64,000 nt of DNA. Source: Candidatus Spongiisocius sp. (GTDB lineage Bacteria; Actinomycetota; Acidimicrobiia; Spongiisociales; Spongiisociaceae). Shown one piece after another: positions 18,815 through 27,170 of this stretch (the first letter of the stretch is position 1; each line of letters opens with the position of its first letter). Made by a program: the position numbers and the translations under genes. Below the pieces are notes generated by a model. That model was not told the origin of the DNA and searched no databases. It worked only from the letters and a program-made list of their open reading frames with translations. The stretch is from contig OZ241858.1 of assembly GCA_965203035.1 (NCBI GenBank), positions 2,604,838-2,668,837 on the forward strand, written 5' to 3'.

Positions 18815-20202
18815 CTATGCGCGGTCGGACGCAAGCAGTTCCGCGGCCTCTTCGGCCGCGCCGACACCGCTGGCGAGGGCACCGTTGACCGAGGGTACCC
18901 GCGTCCAGTCTCCTGCCAGGAAGAGGTTCGGGATGTCCCTGGCAAGCCGACGCCGCAACTCCGCCACCGCCGTGAACATCCCGGGCGGCCCCATGCAGAC
19001 CGCCTCCGTCCAGCGGTAGACGCGCCAGAACAGCCCTCGTCGTCGGCGGGGAGCGCGGAGCCGGGAGGCGGGTTGCGGCGCGCGTCTGCGAGCATGCGGC
19101 GCTTGATCTCCTCGTCGTCCAGCGTGAGCAACTCCCGCGCGCGGTCGCGCCCGACGAGCAGGTCGAGCGTGCTCGTGCCCGGCGGCGCGCACGAGGGCAG
19201 GTTGATCGAGCGGTCCACCAGCAGCGGCGTGTCGTCCTCCGGGTAGAGCGCGCCGTGCCAGCCCGGCGGGAGCGGCGGGTGGTCGAGGCCGATTACCAGC
19301 CGGCAGCCGGACGAGTACGTAATCCCGCCCAGCGTCTTGCTCATCCCCTCCGGCAGGCCGGGAATGATCCCCGGCACCTGGGAGGGTGGCACGGCGCAGA
19401 TCACCGCGTCTGCCTCGACCGTCCTGCCGTCGACGACCACGCCACTCGCCGCTCCCCCGTCCTGGATGACGAGGCCGCGGACCGGCGTGGAGAGGCGGAT
19501 GTCGTCCGCGCACTCGGAGGCCAGCGCCTCGGCGAGCGCGGCGGAGCCCTGCTCCGGGACATGGAGCCGGTGGGAGTTCACCAGCATCTCCCGCAGGTAG
19601 GTCCGCATGTACGCCTCGCCTGAGCACTCGACGTGGCCCATCGTCATCTCGAGAAAGCCCCGGATGGTCGTCCGCAGTGACGCCGGGACGCCGATGCGCC
19701 GCAGATAGTCGCCGAAGTTCTCGTCCCCGTCGAACTCGGCCAGCCGGCTGTCGCTGGCGAAGCTCAGCTGCCCACTGCGCAGCAGCCCGCGCACCAGCCG
19801 CATGGCCGGCCGCATCGCGCGCGGGGAGAGGAACCCGAGGGCGAGCGCCGCCGGCGCGTTCCTGATCAGGTTGCCCGGGGACAGCCCCGGCGTGGTGGTC
19901 ACCCAGCGGCCGCTGCGGTACCAACCGAGCCGCATCTCCGAGCGGACCAGGGGCAGCCCCAGTTCCGCACAGAGGCGGAAGGCTACGTCGTAGGAGGAAC
20001 AGAAGAAGTCCGCCCCCGTGTCGATCGAGAACCCGTCCACCCGCTCGCCGGCGAGGCGTCCGCCGGCGCGCTCACCGGCCTCGAGCAGGATCGCGGAGAT
20101 GCCCCGCCGCCGGAGGGTGTAGGCGGCTGCCAGCCCGGCGGCGCCACCGCCGACGATGACGACGCGCCTGCTATCCGCCATGCCACCTCTCCGCGGCCAC
20201 AC
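18815..20202 (-). pseudogene. FAD-dependent amine/protoporphyrinogen/phytoene-desaturase-type oxidoreductase, interrupted by a 1-nt frameshift
   Basis: The N-terminal frame (20202 down to about 19040) has VVIVGGGAAGLAAAYTLRRRG...EAGERAGGR. The genuine C-terminus (LFWRVYRWTEAVCMGPPG...NLFLAGDWTRVPSVNGALASG) is in another frame ending at 18815. The likely start is MADSRR at 20181. Confidence 0.7.
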
Positions 20203-20533
20203 GGGCGAGCGCTTCGCCCGAAGGCCGGGCCCCTACGGTTGCGGCGTGCTCCCGCACGGTCCCGGCGGGGCATCCCCCTACTCGGCGGGTCCGTGCATCG
20301 TGGGCTCGCCCTTGACCCGGCACCCGCGCGCTGGAGTGGCCTTCCCGTGTGTAGTGGCCCCCGGTGCAAGACCGCACACACACGCCCTTGTCCACGCCGT
20401 TCAGTGTGCAAAAGTTAACGATCAGGTACCTTACACATATTGATGGATCCCCAAGTGCATGAGTTACGTGAGTGAATGCTCAGGAACCCGTCAGACCCCT
20501 CAGAAAAAGGGCATCAGCGAAAACCAGTGGTCT

Positions 20534-20890
20534 TGGTGGAGGTGCGGGGAATCGAACCCCGGTCCGTCGGTACTTCGGTGGCGGCGTCTCCGAGCGCAGC
20601 CGATGGCGAGCCTTCAGGCGGCCGGACTCCATCGGCGAGTGACCGTCCGCCCTACACCCGGATTGATCTCGATTCCCCGGTCCGGGCATCCCGGAGAGCC
20701 CATCCTGCTAAGCGACGCCCACTCCGAAGGGGGCAGGAACCCCTCCGGGGGACGGGCTACCTTTCTCTAGGCAGCCAGTGCAAGGTTTGGCTTGGCACTT
20801 ATGGTTGTTACCGGCTATTTAGCGAGGACTCCGGTGACCTCGGCTCGCTTCCGACACCTCTACTACCGACGTCGAAACCTGTTCACCCCC
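20534..20890 (-). ncRNA. ssrA: tmRNA (transfer-messenger RNA)
   Basis: The reverse strand starts GGGGGTGAACAGGTTTCGACG and ends GGACCGGGGTTCGATTCCCCGCACCTCCACCA. The internal tag frame is GCCAAGCCAAACCTTGCACTGGCTGCCTAG (20767..20796), encoding AKPNLALAA*. smpB lies 1 kb away. Confidence 0.95.
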
Positions 20891-21035
20891 AATGGGAGAT
20901 TGTCCGAGCAGTCTACACCCACCCCGTGACAAGCAGCCGCGGCGGCAACGCGGGCTACCGCGTGGCGAAAGAGGAAAGGTGGATCACCCTTGGGACTGCA
21001 GCGTCCTGGAGTGGACTACCGGTCGCATCGGTGTT

Positions 21036-21443
21036 CTAGCTGAAGCTCTCCGCGATTCGAAGCAGTGAGCGCATAGACCGCAGGGCGCGCTTCGTTTCGG
21101 AGATCGTCGGGTTGCGACTGTCGTATTGGGCCTTGTACTTCACGGAAAGCAGGGTACGCAAATGGTATCCGGCGTCTTGTCCCATACCCGGAGCCTGACG
21201 AAGGAGCGCTACCGCAGCGCTATGGTCGCTGCCGACGGAGCGCTTCCCTAGGGTCCTGCAACAGATCACATCGGCGGCAGCGATCCCGGCTAACACTGCA
21301 TTGCTTACAGCCACGGAGCGCTGTGGACCCTCCGTCGAGGTAGGGTCCAGTTCTGCCGTGAGAGCGAACGCCTGCGCCTTCCTGAACCGTGTTGGAGCGT
21401 AGGAACCATGGCACGGCACAGTGCGTTCCCTGGCACGTGTCAT
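21036..21443 (-). CDS. HEPN-domain protein (putative toxin of a HEPN/MNT pair)
   Basis: 135 aa, all-helical-looking, with an Rx4-6H motif (GKRSVGSDH). There is a 4-nt ATGA overlap with the upstream nucleotidyltransferase gene. Confidence 0.6.
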   Translation of the reverse strand: MTRARERTVPCHGSYAPTRFRKAQAFALTAELDPTSTEGPQRSVAVSNAVLAGIAAADVICCRTLGKRSVGSDHSAAVALLRQAPGMGQDAGYHLRTLLSVKYKAQYDSRNPTISETKRALRSMRSLLRIAESFS

Positions 21444-21829
21444 ATACCGTGAGAGAGAAGATCCACACCGTCGCGAGCCAGCGAACCCGCAAATCCGTCC
21501 GACAGATGCTCGTACTCACCGTCAGTGAACACCAACGGTATGCAGACCCTGCCGGCAACACCATCCACTACCTGAGCGATCCTCATAGAGGCGTCCCACC
21601 GGGTGTCCTCATCAACCGCATTAGGCCAAACCAGAACCATGTCGACGTCGCTGTCCGGACGATCCTCACCGCGTGCAACCGATCCGAACAGTATGGCCTG
21701 AGAAACTCCGTGAGCGTGGGCTCTCACGGCCGAGGCGATCCGGTCAGTCAGCGAAGGGGCCTCGTTTCCCGCGACACTACCGGCCGACATGGCTCGCATG
21801 CTCCAGTCCCTCCCGATTCGCAGGTACAA
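21440..21829 (-). CDS. minimal nucleotidyltransferase (MNT, putative antitoxin)
   Basis: LFGSVARGEDRPDSDVDMVLV matches the GSxxRG...SDxD pol-beta-type NTase motif. The true start is probably an internal Met (MRAMSAG / MSAG). Confidence 0.8.
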   Translation of the reverse strand: MYLRIGRDWSMRAMSAGSVAGNEAPSLTDRIASAVRAHAHGVSQAILFGSVARGEDRPDSDVDMVLVWPNAVDEDTRWDASMRIAQVVDGVAGRVCIPLVFTDGEYEHLSDGFAGSLARDGVDLLSHGI

Positions 21830-21934
21830 GGTAGCGTACCTTCACTTGGCATAGCTACCTGCCCACCCTACGGCCGGTCCGCTTCCCGGCGACCCGCGAC
21901 ACGCAGCCGCGGCGGTGAGGATCGCGCCAAACAC

Positions 21935-22414
21935 TCACCCTGATCGGCGCCGGTCTGACATGGCTCGGCGGGCCTCCCGCTCCATGTCGCGGGCCTTCAA
22001 CTTCTCCCGCTTGTCGTAGCGGCGGGACCCTCGGCCGACCCCGATCAGCACCTTGACCCGCCCGTTCTTCCAGTACATCCTGACCGGCACGATGGTGAGG
22101 CGCTGTTCCTGAACGCGCCGGTTGATCCGCTCGATCTCCCGGCTGTGGAGGAGCAGCTTGCGTTCACGCTTGGCTTCGTGGCCACCGTGACGGGCCATCT
22201 CGTAGGGAGCGATGTGCATCCCCACCAGCCACATCTCGCCGCGGCGTACCAGGCCGTAGGCCTCTCGCAGCTGGACCTGGCCCGCCCGCAGGCTCTTCAC
22301 CTCGGAGCCGGTCAGCACGATGCCGGCCTCGTACTCCTCCTCGAACACGTAGTCGAACCGCGCCCGGCGGTTGGAGGCGATGCGCGATCCCGGATCCTTC
22401 TTCTTCGGATTCAC
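21935..22414 (-). CDS. smpB: SsrA-binding protein
   Basis: 159 aa containing NRRARFDYVFEEEYEAGIVLTGSEVKSLR. Confidence 0.95.
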   Translation of the reverse strand: MNPKKKDPGSRIASNRRARFDYVFEEEYEAGIVLTGSEVKSLRAGQVQLREAYGLVRRGEMWLVGMHIAPYEMARHGGHEAKRERKLLLHSREIERINRRVQEQRLTIVPVRMYWKNGRVKVLIGVGRGSRRYDKREKLKARDMEREARRAMSDRRRSG

Positions 22415-22436
22415 GATCTCACCCTATGAACAGACG

Positions 22437-23648
22437 TCAGCGCGGAAGGTAGAGCATGGGATCGACCGGGCTGCCCACCTCCCGCACCTCGAAGTGCAGG
22501 TGGGGGCCGGTGCAGAAGCCGGTGCATCCGACGTACGCCACCACATCGCCGGCCTGGACCCGCGCGCCCTCGCTCACCGCGATCCGCGACGCATGGGCGT
22601 AAAGAGTCGACAGGCCCCCGCCGTGGTCCACCACCACGGTCCGCCCGTAGCCTCCCCACGTCCCCGCCAGGATCACCGTCCCGTTGGCGGCGGAATGGAT
22701 GGGCTCCCCGGTGCTGCCTCGCAGGTCGATCCCGGTGTGGAGGCGGCGGTCCCCGAATATGGGATGGACGCGCCACCCGTAGGGCGAGGTGAGGGCGCCG
22801 CCCACCGGCCAGGCCAGCACGCCGGGCGCCCGTCCCTCCCGAACCTGGCGCCGGAGGATCTCGAGCTCGATCCGCTTGGACTCGGCCTCGAGGGCAGCCA
22901 CGTGATCCTCGTGGTCCTCTATCTCACCGATCACCTCGGCCAGCAACGCCTCCTGCTTGACCAGCTCCTCGCCGAGTTGCTCCCGCGCCAGGGCCACCTC
23001 CGCCTGGTACTGCTCGGCCAGGGCCTGCTCCTCCAGCAGCCGGGCGAGCAGTTCCGCCTCACGCTCCTGTTCCCGGACCAGTTCCTGCTGGCGGGTCACC
23101 TCCTGGCGCTCCAGGATCTCGAGCGAATGGAGCAGCAACTCCGTGTCCTCCAGTAGGCGGCGGGAATACTCCAGCCTGATCGAGTTGGACTCCGGGTCCC
23201 ACGCACCGGCGAACAGGGAATTGATCCCGGTGGCGCTGCTCATGTACATCTCGACGGTCCGACCCCGCAGCGACTCCCCTGTTGTTCGCTGGTCCAGCCT
23301 GGTCTTGGCCAGTTCGGCGTCCATCAACCTGACCCGGCGGCTGAGGCCTGTGAATGCATCCTGGCTGACCGCCAGCGCCGCGTCCGCCGAGGTCAGCTGG
23401 TCCTCCGCCGCCCAGAGCCGGACCCTCAGCTCCTCCATGCGGAGCTCCGTCTCCTCGATCAGCTCGACGTAGGCCGTGCGCTCCGCCTCGGCGCCTTCGA
23501 TCAGGCGCTCCAGTTCGGCCATCTGCCGCTCTACCTGGGAAAGGCGATCCTCCTCGTTCTGGGCCTTGACCAGTGCCGGTGCGGCTGCGGTGATCCCAAG
23601 CACGGCCACGACCAATCCCCCGACCAGCATGCGCCGGCGCACGGTCAC
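22437..23648 (-). CDS. coiled-coil M23 (LytM-type) peptidoglycan endopeptidase, EnvC/PcsB-like FtsEX partner
   Basis: 403 aa with an N-terminal signal/TM and about 250 aa of Glu/Leu/Arg-rich coiled coil. The C-terminal M23 domain has intact metal ligands (HTGIDL ... GPHLHFEV). Confidence 0.9.
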   Translation of the reverse strand: MTVRRRMLVGGLVVAVLGITAAAPALVKAQNEEDRLSQVERQMAELERLIEGAEAERTAYVELIEETELRMEELRVRLWAAEDQLTSADAALAVSQDAFTGLSRRVRLMDAELAKTRLDQRTTGESLRGRTVEMYMSSATGINSLFAGAWDPESNSIRLEYSRRLLEDTELLLHSLEILERQEVTRQQELVREQEREAELLARLLEEQALAEQYQAEVALAREQLGEELVKQEALLAEVIGEIEDHEDHVAALEAESKRIELEILRRQVREGRAPGVLAWPVGGALTSPYGWRVHPIFGDRRLHTGIDLRGSTGEPIHSAANGTVILAGTWGGYGRTVVVDHGGGLSTLYAHASRIAVSEGARVQAGDVVAYVGCTGFCTGPHLHFEVREVGSPVDPMLYLPR

Positions 23649-24517
23649 ACCCTCAGGAAGCGTCTCAGCCCGAGGCTGCTCCCGATGAATCCCGCCAGGC
23701 CGCCGAAGGCGAGGATCAGGATGGCCCGGCTCAGCAGGAACCCGGGGTCAACCTGGAAGCGGATCAGAATGTCGGTCGGGATTCGCTCCAGCAGGTTGTG
23801 ACTGGCGAACACCGCCGCCGCCGCAAGACCCCCTCCCATTAAGCCAACCGTGGCGCCTTCGATGATGAACGGGACGCGGATGAACCAGTTGCCGGCGCCC
23901 ACCAGCTTCATGATGGCGATCTCCTCCCGCCGGGCGTAGATCGCCATGCGGATGGTGTTGGCGATCAGGACCACGGCCGACGCACCCATGAGCACCACCA
24001 GGCCGATACCGATGGAGTTGAGGACTCCGGTCAGGCTGAGCAGCCGTTCGATCCCCTCGCTGAACACCGAGAGGCGCCGCAGGAGCGGGTGGCCCACCAG
24101 CCGGAACTGGACCTCCTGGTAGGTCGATATGTCGTCTAGTTCCACCCGGATCGAGGCAGGAAGATCAGCTGCCGTCACGGTCGCCGCCAGCGCCGGCTGG
24201 TCGCTGTATATCTCCAGGAACTCCTGGTAGGCACCTGCCTTGTCCATGTACCAGGCGTTCTTAACCTCCGGATAGTCGTTGATCTGCGCCAGGAGCTCGC
24301 TGTGGGCCACCGGACCTCCCTCATCCTTGAGGAAGATGATCAGGTGGTCACCCTCTTGCCATTGCAGGGTGTTGACCCGCACCAGCTCGTTGAACACCAG
24401 GGCGCCGAACGCCAGGGCCAGGGACACGAACACGGCCAAGACCGCGCCGGTCGCCACCAAGGCGTTGCGGCGCAGATTGACGAAGGCCTCGCCGATCAGG
24501 AAGAGGAGGGTGCTCAC
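23645..24517 (-). CDS. ftsX: cell-division ABC transporter permease
   Basis: 290 aa with 4 TM segments and a periplasmic loop. It overlaps ftsE and the M23 gene by 4 nt each. Confidence 0.9.
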   Translation of the reverse strand: MSTLLFLIGEAFVNLRRNALVATGAVLAVFVSLALAFGALVFNELVRVNTLQWQEGDHLIIFLKDEGGPVAHSELLAQINDYPEVKNAWYMDKAGAYQEFLEIYSDQPALAATVTAADLPASIRVELDDISTYQEVQFRLVGHPLLRRLSVFSEGIERLLSLTGVLNSIGIGLVVLMGASAVVLIANTIRMAIYARREEIAIMKLVGAGNWFIRVPFIIEGATVGLMGGGLAAAAVFASHNLLERIPTDILIRFQVDPGFLLSRAILILAFGGLAGFIGSSLGLRRFLRV

Positions 24518-25206
24518 GTCTCGTCGGAGGATTCGTAGCCTGACTCGCCCTGATCACGGACCACCCGTCCCCGGTCGAGCTGGACCACCCGGCGGCGCAT
24601 CGCATCGACGATGGCGAAGTCGTGTGTGGCCATCATCACCGTGGTTCCGGTGCGGTTGATCCGGTCGAGCAGCCTCATGATGCCCACCGAGGTGGCCGGG
24701 TCGAGGTTGCCGGTCGGCTCATCGGCCAGCAGGATCGGCGGCCGGTTGACGAAGGCGCGGGCGATGGACACCCTTTGCTGCTCGCCGCCCGACAGTTGCC
24801 GGGGATAGCGGTCGGTCTTGGCCGACAGACCCACTAGTTCCAACACCGTATTGACCTGGCGGCGCACGATGGAGCGAGGACAACCGGTCACCTTGAGGGC
24901 GAAGGCCACGTTCTCTGCCACCGTCTTGTTGGGCAGCAGCTTGAAGTCCTGGAACACGGTTCCGACGGTGCGGCGGAGGTACGGAACCCGCCAGGTGGGG
25001 AGCTTGGTGATGTCCTTACCCGCCACCCAGATCTTGCCTCGGGTGACTTTTTCCTCTCGTAGGCACATCCGGATCAGCGTGGACTTGCCCGAACCGGACG
25101 GACCCACCAGGAAGACGAACTCGCCCTTGCGAACGTCCATGCTCACTTCCTGGACCGCCACCACCCCACCGTCATAGACCTTGGCAACATTATGCAGTCG
25201 GATCAT
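24514..25206 (-). CDS. ftsE: cell-division ABC transporter ATP-binding protein
   Basis: 230 aa with GPSGSGKST, LSGGEQQRVSIARA and ILLADEPTGNLD. Confidence 0.95.
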   Translation of the reverse strand: MIRLHNVAKVYDGGVVAVQEVSMDVRKGEFVFLVGPSGSGKSTLIRMCLREEKVTRGKIWVAGKDITKLPTWRVPYLRRTVGTVFQDFKLLPNKTVAENVAFALKVTGCPRSIVRRQVNTVLELVGLSAKTDRYPRQLSGGEQQRVSIARAFVNRPPILLADEPTGNLDPATSVGIMRLLDRINRTGTTVMMATHDFAIVDAMRRRVVQLDRGRVVRDQGESGYESSDET

Positions 25207-25269
25207 GAACGTCCCTGTCCCACCGAGTCCGGAAGCGTACGGGATGCTGAGATTACCAACGGGCCCTGC

Positions 25270-26428
25270 CTACTCAAAGGGTTTAGAGGATGCGCGAACC
25301 CCTGCGTCCCCTCGATCCTGACGCTCCCGATTGGCCCGGCGCCAGTGCAGGTAGGACTCGGTGAGTCTCTGCAGCGCACCGTCCAGCACTCCCTGGACAT
25401 TGCCGATCTCGAGACCGGTGCGAAGGTCCTTCACCTGCTGGTAGGGCTGGAGCACGTAGGATCGGATCTGGCGCCCCCACGCCGCCTCGGTCTGCTCCCC
25501 GCGGATCTGATCCAACTCCTTTTGCTGGCGAACCCGGGCCAACTCGGCCAGCTTCGCCTTGAGGAGGCCCATGGCCCTGGCCCGGTTCTGGATCTGGGAC
25601 CGTTCCGCCTGGCATGCCACCACGATGCCCGTCGGCAGATGGGTGAGCCGGACCGCCGAGTCGGTGGTGTTCACGTGCTGCCCGCCGGCGCCCTGGGAGC
25701 GGTAGGTGTCGATCCGGAGGTCGTCCGGGCTGATCTCAACCGCTGCGTCCTCCACCAGCGGCACCACGTCCACCCCGGCGAATGAGGTGTGGCGTCGGGC
25801 GTTCGAGTCGAACGGGGATATGCGAACCAGGCGGTGGACGCCACGCTCGGCCTCCAGGACCGCATACGCATGCTCACCCTCGACAGTCAGGGTCGCCGAC
25901 TTGATGCCGGCCTCCTCGCCCGACTGGAGGTCGTCGATCTCATGTTGCAGACCGAGGTCGGTCAGGTACCGGGCGTACATCCGGACCATCATCTCCGCCC
26001 AGTCCTGCGCGTCCACGCCCCCCGCGCCGGCATGCACGCTCAGGATGGCGGCATGGTCGTCGTACTCGCCGAAGTAGAGGGACTCCTCCTCGAGAACACC
26101 GATGCGTCGCTCGGTGGCGGCAAGATCGCGCGACACCTCCTCCAGGGTCGCCGAGTCGCCTTCCTCCCTTGCCATCTCGACCAGGATGTCGGCGTCCTCA
26201 AGGTCGTTCTCCATGGATTCGACCCGGTTGACCAGGCGTTCGATGCGGCCCAGCCGGCGGGTCAGGCGGGTGGCCCGATCAGGGTCGTCCCAGAGGTCGG
26301 GAAGGGCGACCTGCTCTCTCAGCTCGACCAGCTCGCCGAGCTTGGAATCGACATCAAAGGAACCTCCGGGCGTCCGATAGGCGGGCGCGCAGGTCGTCGA
26401 TCAGCGGGCGGGGGTCGGTGCGGTCCAT
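25270..26428 (-). CDS. prfB: peptide chain release factor 2 (requires programmed +1 frameshift)
   Basis: Frame 0 from ATG 26428 reads MDRTDPRPLIDDLRARLSDARRFL then TGA (26354-26356). The +1 frame continues DVDSKLGELVELREQVALPDLWDDP... into the 314-aa track ORF, which carries SPF and GGQ (SQGAGGQHVN). Confidence 0.9.
26353..26368 (-). promoter_or_regulatory. prfB autoregulatory +1 frameshift site
   Basis: The mRNA sense reads cGGAGGttcCTTTGAt. This is an internal Shine-Dalgarno-like GGAGG 3 nt before the slippery CUU followed by an in-frame UGA, as at the E. coli prfB site. Confidence 0.85.
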
Positions 26429-26632
26429 AACGGACGGGAGGTTAGCCCCGATTCTCCATGAACCCGGGATTCGCACCGTGAATGCTCGGGAGCGGGCCCC
26501 GGCCGGTGTCCGGGGAACATCGAGGATCGGGGCGAGCGGGCCGACTGCGCAACCCTTGCGCCGCCGATCCGGGCCCGGCGAGGCGCGAAATACAGCCGCA
26601 TTAGGAAACGCTTCCCGGATAGAATCCCGGGT

Positions 26633-26983
26633 ATGGGACGGCTACTCGCAGCGATCACCAGCAGGTGGCGCGCTGTTATCGCCGAATGGGCGGCCCGCCG
26701 CGAGGGGGCCCGCCATCTCCCCCGCGACATCTTCACGGCTGCCCGCCACATCGTGGGTCCCACCGGGTACGCCTGGTCCGGCACCTGGCAGCGACTCGAC
26801 GAGGACGGCGCAAACTACCTGCGATCCTTCGATCCGAAGATCCCCGCCAGCGTGTTCCTATCCCCCAGCGACCTGACCAGATCCATCCACCCCGTACCGC
26901 TCGGCGAACGCTGCATCGAGGACTGGGCGGAACCGGTACCACCGGACAACGCCTACGCCTCTCCGCCGGAGCAAACCGACTGA
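26633..26983 (+). CDS. hypothetical 116-aa protein
   Basis: An ORF with strongly G/C-biased third positions, which suggests it is coding. No motif recognised. First gene of the prfB-secA insert. Confidence 0.45.
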   Translation: MGRLLAAITSRWRAVIAEWAARREGARHLPRDIFTAARHIVGPTGYAWSGTWQRLDEDGANYLRSFDPKIPASVFLSPSDLTRSIHPVPLGERCIEDWAEPVPPDNAYASPPEQTD

Positions 26984-27060
26984 GAACGGTGGATAACGTC
27001 GTAGCTCATCAGTGACTCGATAAAGAACCGCGCCGCAAAGAGGCAACACCTGGTCCATAT

Positions 27061-27139
27061 TGTAGGATCATCCTGGTCTAGTACGTAGGATGAACTGTAT
27101 CCATCCTGTAGGATGAAAACCATCCATCCTGTAGGATGA
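27061..27139. promoter_or_regulatory. four phased TGTAGGATGA repeats (23-24 bp spacing), two embedded in CCATCCTGTAGGATGA dyads
   Basis: Copies at 27061 (tgtaggatca), 27084 (cgtaggatga), 27108 and 27130 (tgtaggatga). catcct-gt-aggatg dyads lie at 27102-27115 and 27125-27138. The spacer is AT-rich and ends just before the ATPase gene. Confidence 0.5.
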
Positions 27140-27170
27140 CATGACGGTTACAGGAGAACCCGGACGGAGA

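Noticed and set aside
20203-20533. Search for an integrase remnant or a duplicated tmRNA 3' end (att) in the AT-rich stretch next to ssrA.
   Set aside because: No ORF there has integrase motifs, and I did not find a second copy of the ...GGTTCGATTCCCCGCACCTCCACCA segment elsewhere in 12.7-20.5 kb by eye. The island hypothesis therefore stays an inference.
26401-26784. 127-aa minus-strand ORF overlapping the prfB start and the 116-aa plus-strand ORF.
   Set aside because: Its translation is Arg/Ala/Pro-rich with no features. The region is better explained by the prfB frame-0 leader and the plus-strand ORF, which has strong GC3 bias.
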